Shown: positions 38,633 through 50,124 of the stretch, piece after piece | Layout: every line of letters starts with the position of its first letter | Numbering within the stretch: position 1 is the first letter of the stretch | Assembly (NCBI GenBank): GCA_001949185.1 | Contig: BDGG01000001.1 | Span: 5,381,530-5,445,529 of the forward strand | DNA: 64,000 nt | Source of the DNA: Ramazzottius varieornatus | Lineage: Eukaryota > Animalia > Tardigrada | Direction: 5' to 3' | The notes under the pieces: generated by a model | Told to the model about the DNA's origin: nothing | Database searches by the model: none | Seen by the model: the letters and a program-made list of their open reading frames with translations, nothing else | Program-made: the position numbers and the translations under genes

Positions 38633-41600
38633 ATGAGGATAGGTTTTGGTTCCGCAACTCGCTTTCTTGGTTTTGTTAATCGTGTTGTGTGGAGCTGTTT
38701 ACAAGCGTCTTTAGTCCAAGCTGCAACAGACTGCCCAACCGTTGTTGAGCTTCAGAATATCGGGGACTCGAGGACCATTACATCGAACTTGTCCACAGAC
38801 GACGTAAAAAGATGGATTGTGAAAGCCCATGGACATCCAATCAACATCACCGTTACGCAGTTAAACATGGGAGCACAACTGCTCGATAATTGGGCTGGCT
38901 TTGGATGCGCGAACTCGCCGCTTTTAAGAGTTGCTGACAGCAAGTGTAAGAAATTTGTGGTTTACTGTATTGGTCGAAAGGTTGAAAATTTCGTTACAGA
39001 AGTGTTATTCAGTGGTCAAATTTGCAGATCCACTGTACCCGCTGGTGACCGCCTGCGGCCTATATCCGCCGGGGTTAATGTTCCACGTGAAATCGTTTGC
39101 AGATTTCTTGGTGAATATATAATCTTCCACATTTCCGGCTCATAGCACCATCAGACTGCGAATTGGGCGTTCAACCACTTTATTTTGGTGACAGAACATT
39201 ACTCATATCGGCAACTCAACGTTCCCTAGTTCCTTCACGATGGAACTTGTCGGTTCGTAACTTGGTCGAAATCACGACGTTAAACTAACTTTCATTTTGT
39301 AACTTGTCGGTACGTGCGCGTCTGCCAAGATCGCAACGTTAATCATTGTATTTTTATTAATGGTTACTGGTCGTTCAAACACCGTCTGAGTTCTGACTTG
39401 TAACAGCACGAGTGTCGGATTCTGTAGCGATCAAGTGTGGCCAGGACCAGTTTGTTTGCCCTTCCGACGCGAGCAAGTGCATTCAGGCGGATAAGATGTG
39501 CGATGGTTTCCAAGATTGCCCGCAGGGAGAAGATGAGATCTGCACGGAGGAATGCGGAAATGCCGGTGCGGCCAACAAGAAGGGCAAATTAAGTGGCAAA
39601 ATTGTTGGTGGCGCTGAGGTAAGCTTTCGATAGGAAGCGCAGCTTCCAGTAGTTAATGTGCCCGCGCGACCGACGGATTTTTCCTCGCAGGCGACCCCAT
39701 ACAGTTGGCCTTGGCAGGTTTACATTGTTTCAGAGGATATATACGGCTCGTGCGGAGGATCCATCGTACGTGGCTTAACCTAGTCATCCACGGTTTTCCT
39801 ACAAAGACAAGTCCACTGATTGGTTGTAGGTCGCACCTCAGTGGGTCTTGACTGCCGGGCACTGTTGCGGGAGGCAATTCGGGAATGGATCTGTGTCCGT
39901 GCGTCGACGGCATGCGAATGCGAACTCACTCATGCTCTGCCGTATTTGTTACAGGCAGTGGCAACCTCACCAGGTGAAGATTTATGCTGGGGTTCACATG
40001 AACAAAGAAAGTTCGCCGGTGAGCGTGGTGAAGGTCGTTCCGCATCCACAGTTTGCATATTACTACAACTCTGACTTCCGCACAATCCATCACGACGCGT
40101 GCATGATGAAACTTGAACAGGTTAGAGCCTATAATCACCCTGTAATGCCAAAAACGGTATGGGGAAGTCTCGCCTTTTACATTTTAGCCGCTGCTATACA
40201 AGGACAAAATTCAGCCAGTTTGCTTGGCACAGCGACCAGTGCCGCCGCCAGGAACGTCATGCTTTACCACCGGCTGGGGACGTATGGTTTCAGGGCCGCA
40301 GGGCTGGAACATGACATCGCAAAATCTGATGGAAGCCGATGTTAAACTCTGGAGCGATGAGGAATGCTCAGCCGGTGAACGGCCTAATGGAACGTCACCG
40401 TTCTTGATAAGTCCCGAAGCACTTTGCACATCATCATCCCCCAAAACAGCGTAAGTGAGATGGTTCGCGGGTTTTCCGGAACGCTTAAGGAGGAGATTCA
40501 CATTCGCATGTACAACCTTCCGTTGTCAAAAGGTTGTCTTAGTTGCGAAAATCACCCGACAAAATACTGACAGTCAGACATCGGTGAAAAAAGTTATTAC
40601 CAGCAGTATCTCCCAAAAGTCAACTACGTCCGCAAGAACACCTCTAAAAACTTGCCGGCGGTCCTGAGTAGTAGGTTGCTGGCGTGACGTATTCAAATTT
40701 TGAGAGGCTTTGCTGTAGCGAAAATTTTCCAGAGGTTGTTCCTTCTAAATTCTCAATAATAGTTTTACCGTAAACTGCCGATTACAAGGGACAATTTTGG
40801 CACCGGGTCCGTGAGACAAGACCGCCCGGATAGTGGGTGGGACATGTTGACTGTGTTGCCATCTGCCGACTGAAATAACATCACACACAACATCAAAACC
40901 TCTCCGCAGCAGCCGGATAACGTCCACCTGCCGGATGTCAAAAGTGTCCCTTGTGATCGGCAGTTTGCAGTATGTGATGGCGGGAACCGGTAGATCAATT
41001 CAGACACCGGTTGGTGTTTTCAGTCTACTGAATCTCCAACCTTCCGCATGAATCATCGAGATCTGGAAGTAGACTCGCGCTCGTTCCCGAATGGTTTCTT
41101 ATTCAAAACGCTTTATCTGTCCAGTGGACGGGCTAAATCGTTGCGACCAGCCATGCTGATTTGGTAGTTTTCTTCAGGTGCAACGGGGACAGCGGAGGAT
41201 CACTGGTTTGTAGACTCCCCAAAACCGACCGATTCCAGTGGCAACTTGTTGGGATCACTTCGTACGGCAATGTGATGTAAGTGTCAGTACAATATGGCAT
41301 CAGACTCAAAGTACCGTTACCAGATTGGTCGCTTACAGGAGTTGTGGCAACAGTCCAACCTATTTCGCAACAGTACGGCGTGCACTAACATTCATGGCCA
41401 ACGTGCTATACAACGAGGCTTATGATGGCTGGAACCCCAACAGAACGATCAGGAAATTCGAGCCATCAGTACAGTATGGGCTCGAAGATTACGCTATCGA
41501 CGTTCCGTTCCAAGCAGATCAACCTCCTCCCAAGCTTAATCCAGTCAAGACTAACGTTTCCTGGGTCGCTGACGACAGTTGTTTCCTCCCACCTCCATCT

Positions 41601-41777
41601 ACGACAGTTACCAGTACTGCGGCACCTGAGGATGGCTCAACGTCTGGGGGTGCTACGCCTTCGGCCGCGGTACCAGGTGGACCCATGGCCGGCGGTACCC
41701 AGTCCACTAGTTTCGCACTGCTTGACCTCGTCTCTCTCTTGTGTAGTTTTGCAAAAGGGAATATCCTCTGGCCATAG
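38633..41777 (+). CDS. CUB-LDLa-serine protease paralog 4
   Basis: GKIVGG, LTAGHCC, HHDAC, CNGDSGGS. The intron at 40451-41178 is enlarged. Confidence 0.88.
40489..41041. mobile_element. Intronic insertion with short imperfect TIRs (possibly a TTAA-targeting DNA element)
   Basis: Absent from the equivalent intron of paralog 3, whose first 33 nt are identical. Ends are ttaa|ggaggagattca ... tgaatctccaacc. Confidence 0.4.
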
Positions 41778-41779
41778 TG

Positions 41780-42419
41780 TATGGGCGCCGTTTGCGTCAA
41801 AGCTATTTCGTCAAGAATTCTCGCAGAGTTTCCTAAACCGCCTGACATGCTTTGCCAGAGTTTTAGTTAGCACGATTTTTCATTTCGCACTTTGTGTAGA
41901 ATTCTCGAACTCTGGGGAGAATTCGTACGGCGGAAAAAGGTACCTTGGTCGCCCCTCCTCGGAAAAAGGTACCTTTTTTACCTTGGTCGCCCCTCCTCTA
42001 CTGAGAAATGCGCAGGCATGTAGAAACAAGGCTCCGTACGACACCATACAGCACATACCACCACTATTTGGTGACGTCAGAGAGTGCGTTCCTGTTTGTG
42101 CGCGCCTATGAATCACGGTGGGAGGAGCGACCAAGCTCAAAGAAGACACGCGTTTTTACAGTCATTTTCAGCTGCACGAATTCTCGCCAGGGTTCGAGAA
42201 TTCTACACAAAGTGCGAAATGAAAAATCGTGCTAACTAAAACTCTGGCAAAGCATGTCAGGCGGTTTAGGAAACTCTGCGAGAATTCTTGACGAAGTGTG
42301 AAATGAGAAGCTGGGCAAAGTGAAACCCTGACAAAGCTGGTGAAGTGGTTTTAGGAAACTGCGACAATTCTTGCGAAAAAACGCGTCAACAGTTTTGACG
42401 CGCTTTTTCGCACCCCATA
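41780..42419. mobile_element. Foldback/MITE with ~130-bp near-perfect inverted repeats (41807-42295) plus an extra partial right arm
   Basis: ttcgtcaagaattctcgcagagtttcctaaacc... / ...ggtttaggaaactctgcgagaattcttgacgaa; outer ends tatggg...cccata. Confidence 0.8.
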
Positions 42420-43079
42420 ATAGTGGACATTAATGTCGCGGAAGCTTATCATAGTCTTTTCTACGATTTGAGAAAGCGGCTCAAGGTGCAATTCTAAATG
42501 GGTGTGAAATCCCTGGACATCGTCACATCGGCCTTGCGGCCACCGCCCAGCCACTCACATGTTCAAGCATCGCAACCGGCAAGCATGCTAATCGACATCT
42601 GGATATCTTACAGTAAAACAACGCATTGTCATCAGGAGAGTGGCACTAACAATCTTAACAATGTTAAAAGCTGTTCGCTTCGCCTTTAGCTCTCTCGCAG
42701 CTTGTCGATGATGTAGAAAAACGGAAACGGGTAGCGCGGAGGAGCGGCAGTGTAAATATTGAAGTTATGGTCAGTTTGGCCTGAAAAGATCCCGTTGGCT
42801 CGCTCTAAACATGGTGGACTAACGGGGGAACGTTCAAGTGCACAAATTCAAACCACTGAAAAACTTCGAGGTTGTTTGATTTCAAACCGAATTTTTTCAT
42901 CAGATATAAAGTGATGCCCGGAACGTAGAAAGTTTGCCGCGTCTTTTAACGTCCGCGCTTGAAGACCAATGTCTTGAAACCTGTAACCTAGCTCAGTAGG
43001 ATAGCCACTTTTCGGTTAGCGATGTTGGAATATATAAAAATTATATTAGAATTAGAAAATTATATTAGAATAGCTCCAT

Positions 43080-44754
43080 CCTAATCTATATGTACTGCTA
43101 TCCATTTATTTTCACTGTACGCTCTCGCGTCCGTCCAGTTTCAGTCCGCATTGGTTCAAACTTTGCCCAAAATTCAGGAATGTTCACTAGCTGTCGCCAA
43201 CGTGGTCGGTTCTTCAGTTTTTCTATCCTGTAGTTCAGATTTTTACTTTTTTGCTTGCAATTTTCACGTCATTGGGACGGAGCCGTACGGCCATTGTATC
43301 CCTGTTCCCGAATTCTGTAGTGGCGTCCTAGAATTTGTTTCCGCCGATGCTGCCTGCCTCTGTTTATACAGTGAAGTCTCATCTACTTATATAGCGAATT
43401 GGTTTCACAGTTGGAGTGAACCGACTGGCGTAAATCCCTTGTCAGTCACATTCCATTCACAAGCTTATCTCCACTAATGCTGTAATTTGCCTTTGACTGG
43501 GCAGAGTGCAGTAGAGGGGTTCAAACACAACCTTACGCAGAACCAGCTCCGCAACGACAGCTCGTGCCCAAAAATTCCATGTAAAACCACCTGAAGTGGT
43601 TTGGCATGGCGTAACATGGGATATCAAGTCACAATGTACTTCGTTGAATACAATACTCAAACCAATTCGTACGAGAAAATTTCGGCGAAGATAAACACAT
43701 AGCCGAAAGAATAGAGTATCGTTCAACACCAAACGCAAAACCAAAAGAAATTAGCAGATTTCCGACCTGCGAGCGGTTTTCTTCTTATAACTTAATGCTT
43801 GATTGTCATAAGCTCCTCGTTCTTTCGAACTTGCAAAGTTGAAAGTTTCATCTAGTACACGCACGACGGGAAACTATGGAGCCGGTGATAAATAAGGGGA
43901 CCAGGCTTTTTCGCTACGGCGGTACGCAAGCATGTACCTACGTGACCGATTCACAGTAATGCACTTTTGAACACTTTTGTACGTTTAAATTTCCATTTTG
44001 CCGTCTTTTCCGCCTGGTCCCATAGCGTTTACCGGTCCCATAATTTCCCGTCGTGCGTGTACGGTTTGTAAAAACTTTTGTTTCGGAAAAACTCATCAGG
44101 CTTGACATCCAATTCGGAGCGCGAACGATGCGTCCGATGACACATTCTTTCAGCGTGCCAGCTTTCTACTATCTCTATGACCTCCCTCCCCCCGTTTACC
44201 TCAACTAACACAGGCCAAAGAGTTTCACGGCCTTAACCGCTGCGAGAGTCGCTTTGACCTAGCCCACCGACCATTCTCTACAGCTTTACATGTGGCCTTC
44301 GGAAACGTTCGGTCAGCTGGGAAACCATTTGCCCAAAACAATATTGGATCAGCGAAACACAGATGAAGTTCGAGTAGGTCTGAACCACCAAGGTCCAAAT
44401 AGTGGACGGAACTGGGACGAACCTTGTTGAGTTCCTCGCTTGTGCCTATCGGGAAAAGTTCCACATGAAGATCTATGTAGCAGCGCACATAGACGTCGGG
44501 AATGGAGCTGCCTAAGGTATTTGCTAACTTGCTAGGCAATGAGCCGCATCATGAAAACACGCAGGAGCCATGAAAATTGCAAGAAAAAATCAAAATCTGA
44601 CTTACAGGATAGAAAACTGAAAAACCGACCACGTTGGCGACAGCTAGTGAACATTCCTAAATTTTGGGCAAAGTTTGAACCAATGCGGACTGAAACTGGA
44701 CGGACGCGAGAGCGTACAGTGAAAAGAATCGGATAGCAGTATATATAAATTAGG
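43080..44754. mobile_element. Non-autonomous DNA transposon with ~190-bp TIRs
   Basis: cctaatctatatgtactgctatcc...ttgcaattttca versus tgaaaattgcaag...ggatagcagtatatataaattagg; flanked by AT on both sides. Confidence 0.85.
43858..44059. mobile_element. MITE family A nested inside the 43080-44754 element
   Basis: TA|cacgcacgacgggaaa ... tttcccgtcgtgcgtg|TA. Confidence 0.85.
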
Positions 44755-44759
44755 ATAAT

Positions 44760-47520
44760 GTGATGTTCAAATCAAATCTGGTCCACCATCCGGATTATTG
44801 CTGTGGATATTTGAACGATCTCAGCATGCCGCCCGTCGACTACAAAGGAGCAGTCAGTCGGAAGCTTGTCCTACGGTATGCCAACGTCAATGGTATCCGT
44901 AGCAAGAGTGAAGAAGTCAAGAGATGGATCGACGAAGGGGATGCGGATATCGTTGCGCTTGTCGATACAATTGCAGGCGACTCAACGGCTGATTGCCTAA
45001 TGTGCGACCTGGACAGGTACAACCTGCATCGCCTCGACCGAACTGGTTGCCAGAAAGAAACTGGCGGAGGTGTAGCCCTCATCATGAAGAGAGAGCTCCA
45101 AGCCATCAGGATGCCTCAGTTTGAAGTGTCAGGGTTGGAGGTGCTGTGGGTTAAGGTAGTAGCACTACGGATGAATCTACTCGTTGGAGTCATCTATGCG
45201 CCTGGGTATGACGTCACAGTCTTCTCCGATCTACGTGCTTCAATGGAAAAGATTCCTTTCCACCTGCGAAGGAATATCCTGCTAGTCGGGGACTTCAACT
45301 GTCCCACGATCCAGTGGGATGGAAACGTCTGCGGATCGTCCGAAAGGGACAGAGATCTCATTCTACTCAAGAACGAGTTTAAGCTGTTTCAGAGAGTGCG
45401 AGAGACAACACGCCAACGCGGTGACGTCACATCCACTCTGGACCTGCTTTTCGTCGCGCAGCTCGGACTGGTGCGGAACGCGCGAGCTGTGAAGCCTCCC
45501 TCAGTGACAAACGACCACTTCGGCATCCAGTGCAGTGTCATCCTAATGACGCCCAAGCTCCAGAGCAAGCCGAAGCTCGTCTGGAAGATCGATGAATGCG
45601 GTGCAAAGCAGTTCAAACGCTTGCTCGCTGAACCAACTGGGGAGAGTTGTTTGACTTACAGTGCAATTCTGGCGTGGCCCTTACTGTTTTTCAGTGGGAG
45701 TTTCTCTCAGCTGCAAAGAGCTCGTTCCAGCTGAGGTCGGTGACATCTCGACGCCTTCATCGTCCCTCTCTATCCGGAAAGGTTGTTGTTGGCCTGCGGA
45801 CCTGTAGAGGTGCCTATACTCAATGGAGAAGGACAAGAGACCAAGCCGACTTTCAACGTTGGAAGGAGCTAGAAGCAGTGAAGAAGAGGCTCATCTTGGC
45901 TGACAAGTACCGTAAGCTACGAGGTATCGCCTTTTCGTCTCGCAGAGATCCCACGGCTGTATGGAAGTTTCTGAAGAAGAACTCAGCATCCGCGTCGATC
46001 CCTCCAATACCCATTCCAGGCAGCGACGATAAGTATCTCATCGAGCCGCAAGACAAAGCCAACTCCATCAGCGACCTCTTTGCCAAAGAGTACGTATCCT
46101 GTCCAAGCCATTGCACTGCCCATGTCTCGCAGCGCCTGCCTTTGCAGATCCTTTAAGAATCGCAGTGCGAGGAGCCAACAGTAGCAACGTCCACCCTACT
46201 CACACTGATACGGAAGCTCGACCCGAACAAGGCAGCAGGCTCATCGCTCGTCACCAACCGGCTCCTGAAGATTGCCGGTACTACCATCATCTATCCCTTG
46301 TCGCGCCTCTTCAACCTCATCCTGTGTACAGGAAAGTACCCCGCTGCCTGGAAGACCGCCGACGTCGTACCTGTGCCGAAGAAAGGCGGATCAACACTCC
46401 GACCAATCTCGCTCCTCCCTCCCCTGTCAAAGCTGTTTGAAAAAGTTTTGAGTGATCATATAAACTCTTTCCTTGACAGGAACAAGCTGCTGTCCGACAC
46501 CCAGTACGGATTTATGAGGCGCAGGTCGACGGAGATGCAATTATTTCAAAGTGAAGTCTCCCGTCTCCCGTCAAGCAAAGTGAAGTCTCCCGTCTTTCAG
46601 TATGCCGATGACATCCTGTTGTACCGCATCATTCGAAAGAACGATGACTGCGCAGCTCTACAGCAAGATGTGAACGGCATTGCGGAGTGGTGCATCGAGA
46701 CCGGCCTTGAAGTAAACCCCAGAAAGTCGTAGCATCTTCGGATCTCCAACAAGCGAACCAGCAACGCAAAGATAGACGGTGGAAATTACAGTTTCTCTTC
46801 TGTAATTATTCCGTCTGTTACAGAAGCAGAATGCCTCGGAGCCATCTTCTCCAGCAAACTCGACTGGACAGCCCAGGTCGACAAAGTCATGGCAAAGTGC
46901 AGGAGAAGACTCTGCGCAATCAAGGGCTTCTTTCCTCGACGATTCGGCTCCGTCAAGCAGCTGCTCTTCAACAGCCTGGTTCGTTCGGTTATGGACTATG
47001 CTTCCTCCTGCTGGAATTCCACGTCAAAGACACTGCAAAGACAGCTGGAGACCATCCAGAAGAAGTTTCTCCAGAGTATCCGGCTTGGTTCGCTCTTGAA
47101 TGATGGACATGATCGTGATTTCAAGCAATACCGCTCACACCTGTCAGAAGTGGACTGGGAGCCTGTCTGGGAGCGGCGCTGCAAAGGCATTTTGCTGAAT
47201 GCCTTTAAGATATGGGCTGGTGTATTTACAGGTGGCGACAGCATTCTCAAGAAAAAGCGATGGAAGGACAGCTCGATTACAAGAAGTCAAGCCAAAGAAA
47301 TGGTCGTGTAGCCGGTCTCTACAGCTCCACCTTCGTGTAGGATGCTAGAGTCCACGCTGGGGTCCTTCGCTTACGTGGCTACTGCCTTGACGAAAGATCC
47401 TTTGTTTAGTCCTAACCTGAGCTAGTTGCTGTCAGTAGAAGCCTTTAAATCCTACCTGACAAACATACGTCTTTCTAGATTTAAATGGAGCAAAGAGAAT
47501 ATCGATCCTTTTTTGTTGGT
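44760..47520 (+). mobile_element. Dead non-LTR retrotransposon ORF2 (APE endonuclease + RT; CR1/L2-like)
   Basis: YANVNGIRSK, GGGVAL, VGDFN, LDL, NDH; RT WKTADVVPVPK, RPISLL, QYGF, YADD. Frameshifts, stops and an internal RT deletion; no ORF1. Confidence 0.92.
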
Positions 47521-47686
47521 TTAAAACTGGTAGTATTTTATATTGTTTGAAATCACTTTATCCCTGTCTCTTCCGGCTCTCTTGCCAAATATTTCTCAAA
47601 TTCGTCATACGCTTTGCCTGGCTAGCTCTCTGACAATAAAGGTACATATATATGTTCCGGGAAGTTTCACAGATATTGTGGAACCT

Positions 47687-49375
47687 ATGCCAACAGAGGG
47701 CACGAGTTTACAGAGGACACGAGTTTACAGCAAAATTGTTGGTGGCGCAGAGGTAGGTTCTGGTCGGGAAGCACAGCTTACCAGATTCAGTGTGCTCACA
47801 AAGCTAGTTGACGGTTTTCTTTAGGCAACCCCGTACAGCTGGCCCTGGCAGGTTTACACGGTCGCAAGTGACGGTGCCGAATTTGAGCATTGCGGAGGAA
47901 GCATTGTACGAAGTTTAACTTAAGAATGGATTCCAGATCATTACCTACCACGATCAAGAGATTTTTTCCTGACTTGCAGGTCGCGCCGCAATGGGTCTTG
48001 ACTGCCGCTCACTGCTGCTGGAGGATAAATCGCGGAATGTGAGTGCAGTGTGGCTCGCTTCTTGGCTGTAGACTCGTGGACGTGTACCATACACGGGAAA
48101 TCCCTGTTTTTAAGCTCTCCGAGCTTTATTGCAGAGTGTGGCAACCTAACCAGATAAGCCTTTATGCTGGAGCTCACATGAAAACCGAAACCGCTGCGCT
48201 TAAAGTGGCAAAGGTTGTCCCGCATCCTGACTTCGGGATCAAATATAACACTGACTTTCGTACACTCCACCACGACCACTGTATGCTGAAGCTGGCACAG
48301 GTGAGTGCCCGAAATGGTCATCGGGGTGGAGCTCAACAGAACTGATGAAAGCGGTTGTTTTTCCACATTACAGCCACTGATTCTCACCGAAAAAGTTCAG
48401 CCAATCTGCTTGGCACAGCGGCCCGAACCGCCACCGAGAACAGACTGCTTTATCACTGGCTGGGGAGTTTTGGTGGCTGGCGACCCCAACTCGTTGGCTC
48501 AGAAGCTGATGGAAGGCAATGTCAAAATCTGGACCGATGAGGAATGTTCAGCCGGCCAACAGCTTGATGGTGTTGGAATGTACTTGATACGTCCCGAAGC
48601 CTTCTGCACATCAGCATCTCCCAAAACAACGTAGGTAAAACTGTCCGTAGGCATTCCGCCACCCCGGACGATTACATCTCAATGTATACGCCCCTCTTCG
48701 GAAAGCGCAAAACTTTGAAATACTCCATGCTACGACGCAGTTTTTGGATTGGTATGTAGGTGTCTGATATTGATTACGCACATCATTTTAGGTGTCAGGG
48801 TGACAGCGGAGGGCCTCTAGTTTGTCGGCTTCCCAATACTGATAACTTCCAATGGCAACTTCTTGGGGTAACTTCCTACGGCAGTGAGTAAGTACCGATC
48901 TGCGATCAACAGCAAAGGATCGTTACAAGATTGTCTTACTTAAAGAAAATGTGGTGCCGGTCCATCGTTCTTCGCCACAGTACGCCGTGGACTAACATTC
49001 ATGGCCAACGTGCTATACAACGAGGCTTATGACGGTTGGAATCCCAACAGAACGATCAGGAAATTCGATCCGTTAGTACAGTATGGAATCGAAGATTACG
49101 CCATCGACATTCCAGTCCACACGGAGATACCTCCTCCGAAGCTGAAGCCGGTCAAGAATGACGCCTCCTGGGTCGCGGACGACAGTTGTTTCCCCACGCC
49201 GCCGCCGCCATCTACAGCAGTTACGAGTGCAGTTGAACCAGCGGACGGCGTGACAACTACGGGTGCAGCTACTTCGGCAGGAACTCCCAACTTTGGCAGC
49301 ACTATCCACTCCGCCAGTTTTCTGATGCTATGTTTTGTTTGGCTCATCTTCAACTTCAGCAGATGTGTATCATAG
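47687..49375 (+). pseudogene. Protease paralog 5, 5'-deleted (signal, CUB and LDLa missing; protease domain and tail intact)
   Basis: The upstream motif is joined directly to SKIVGGAE. LTAAHCC, HHDHC and CQGDSGGP are retained. Confidence 0.8.
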
Positions 49376-50124
49376 CACTCTCCGGTGAAAACTGCTTACG
49401 AAAGGACCTATAGGAACATTAGACGCAGATTTTGATTTCAGTGCTACTAAGTGATAAGGTAAGCCTTTAGCTTACCACGAACAAGCCGAAAGTCATGCCA
49501 TAAACCTCTCGCTGGAGCTAGAGAAATCCCGAAAGCGTGGACTTATTGTCTATCCCAGTAAGACCAGGGGCCACTTCGAAGTCTGTTTCCAGTGCATACA
49601 AAGAAACGAAAACGTTAGCGCTTTAAAGGGAGTTTCTTTGATTTACACTGAAAAGTGTTACAAGAGGCACCGCTACGCTTAAGCATGAAAACAAACGGCT
49701 TGGGAAGCCAGATAAAATAAATGTAAGAGAAATCGTAGAAAAAGGCTCCAGAACCCACGCAGTGCTACGAGATGGCGTTGGATCAAAACTTCGCCTTGCG
49801 ATTGACTGGGTGTTTCCGACGAAACTAGCCCACGGTCTAGCCAAAGTGTTGTGCCTGGGTCGATTTCGTGTTACGCCACGGCAGGCAAGAATGGCCAATC
49901 GACCAGGCATACAGATGACATGGAAGCCTATGCCAACGGAGGTCACAAGTCTGCATCACTGAAGGTCATTCTCTTACTCCGTCATTTTGAGAAGCAAATA
50001 GAAAACTTGTGTATGGCGTAAATACAGTCTGTAATATCTTTCTCATGCACACTGTAGTAAATTGTTCTCAGACAGAAAAGTCCATCTCAGCAGATCTTAA
50101 AACGGTGTTCTTCAAGTCCGCCGG

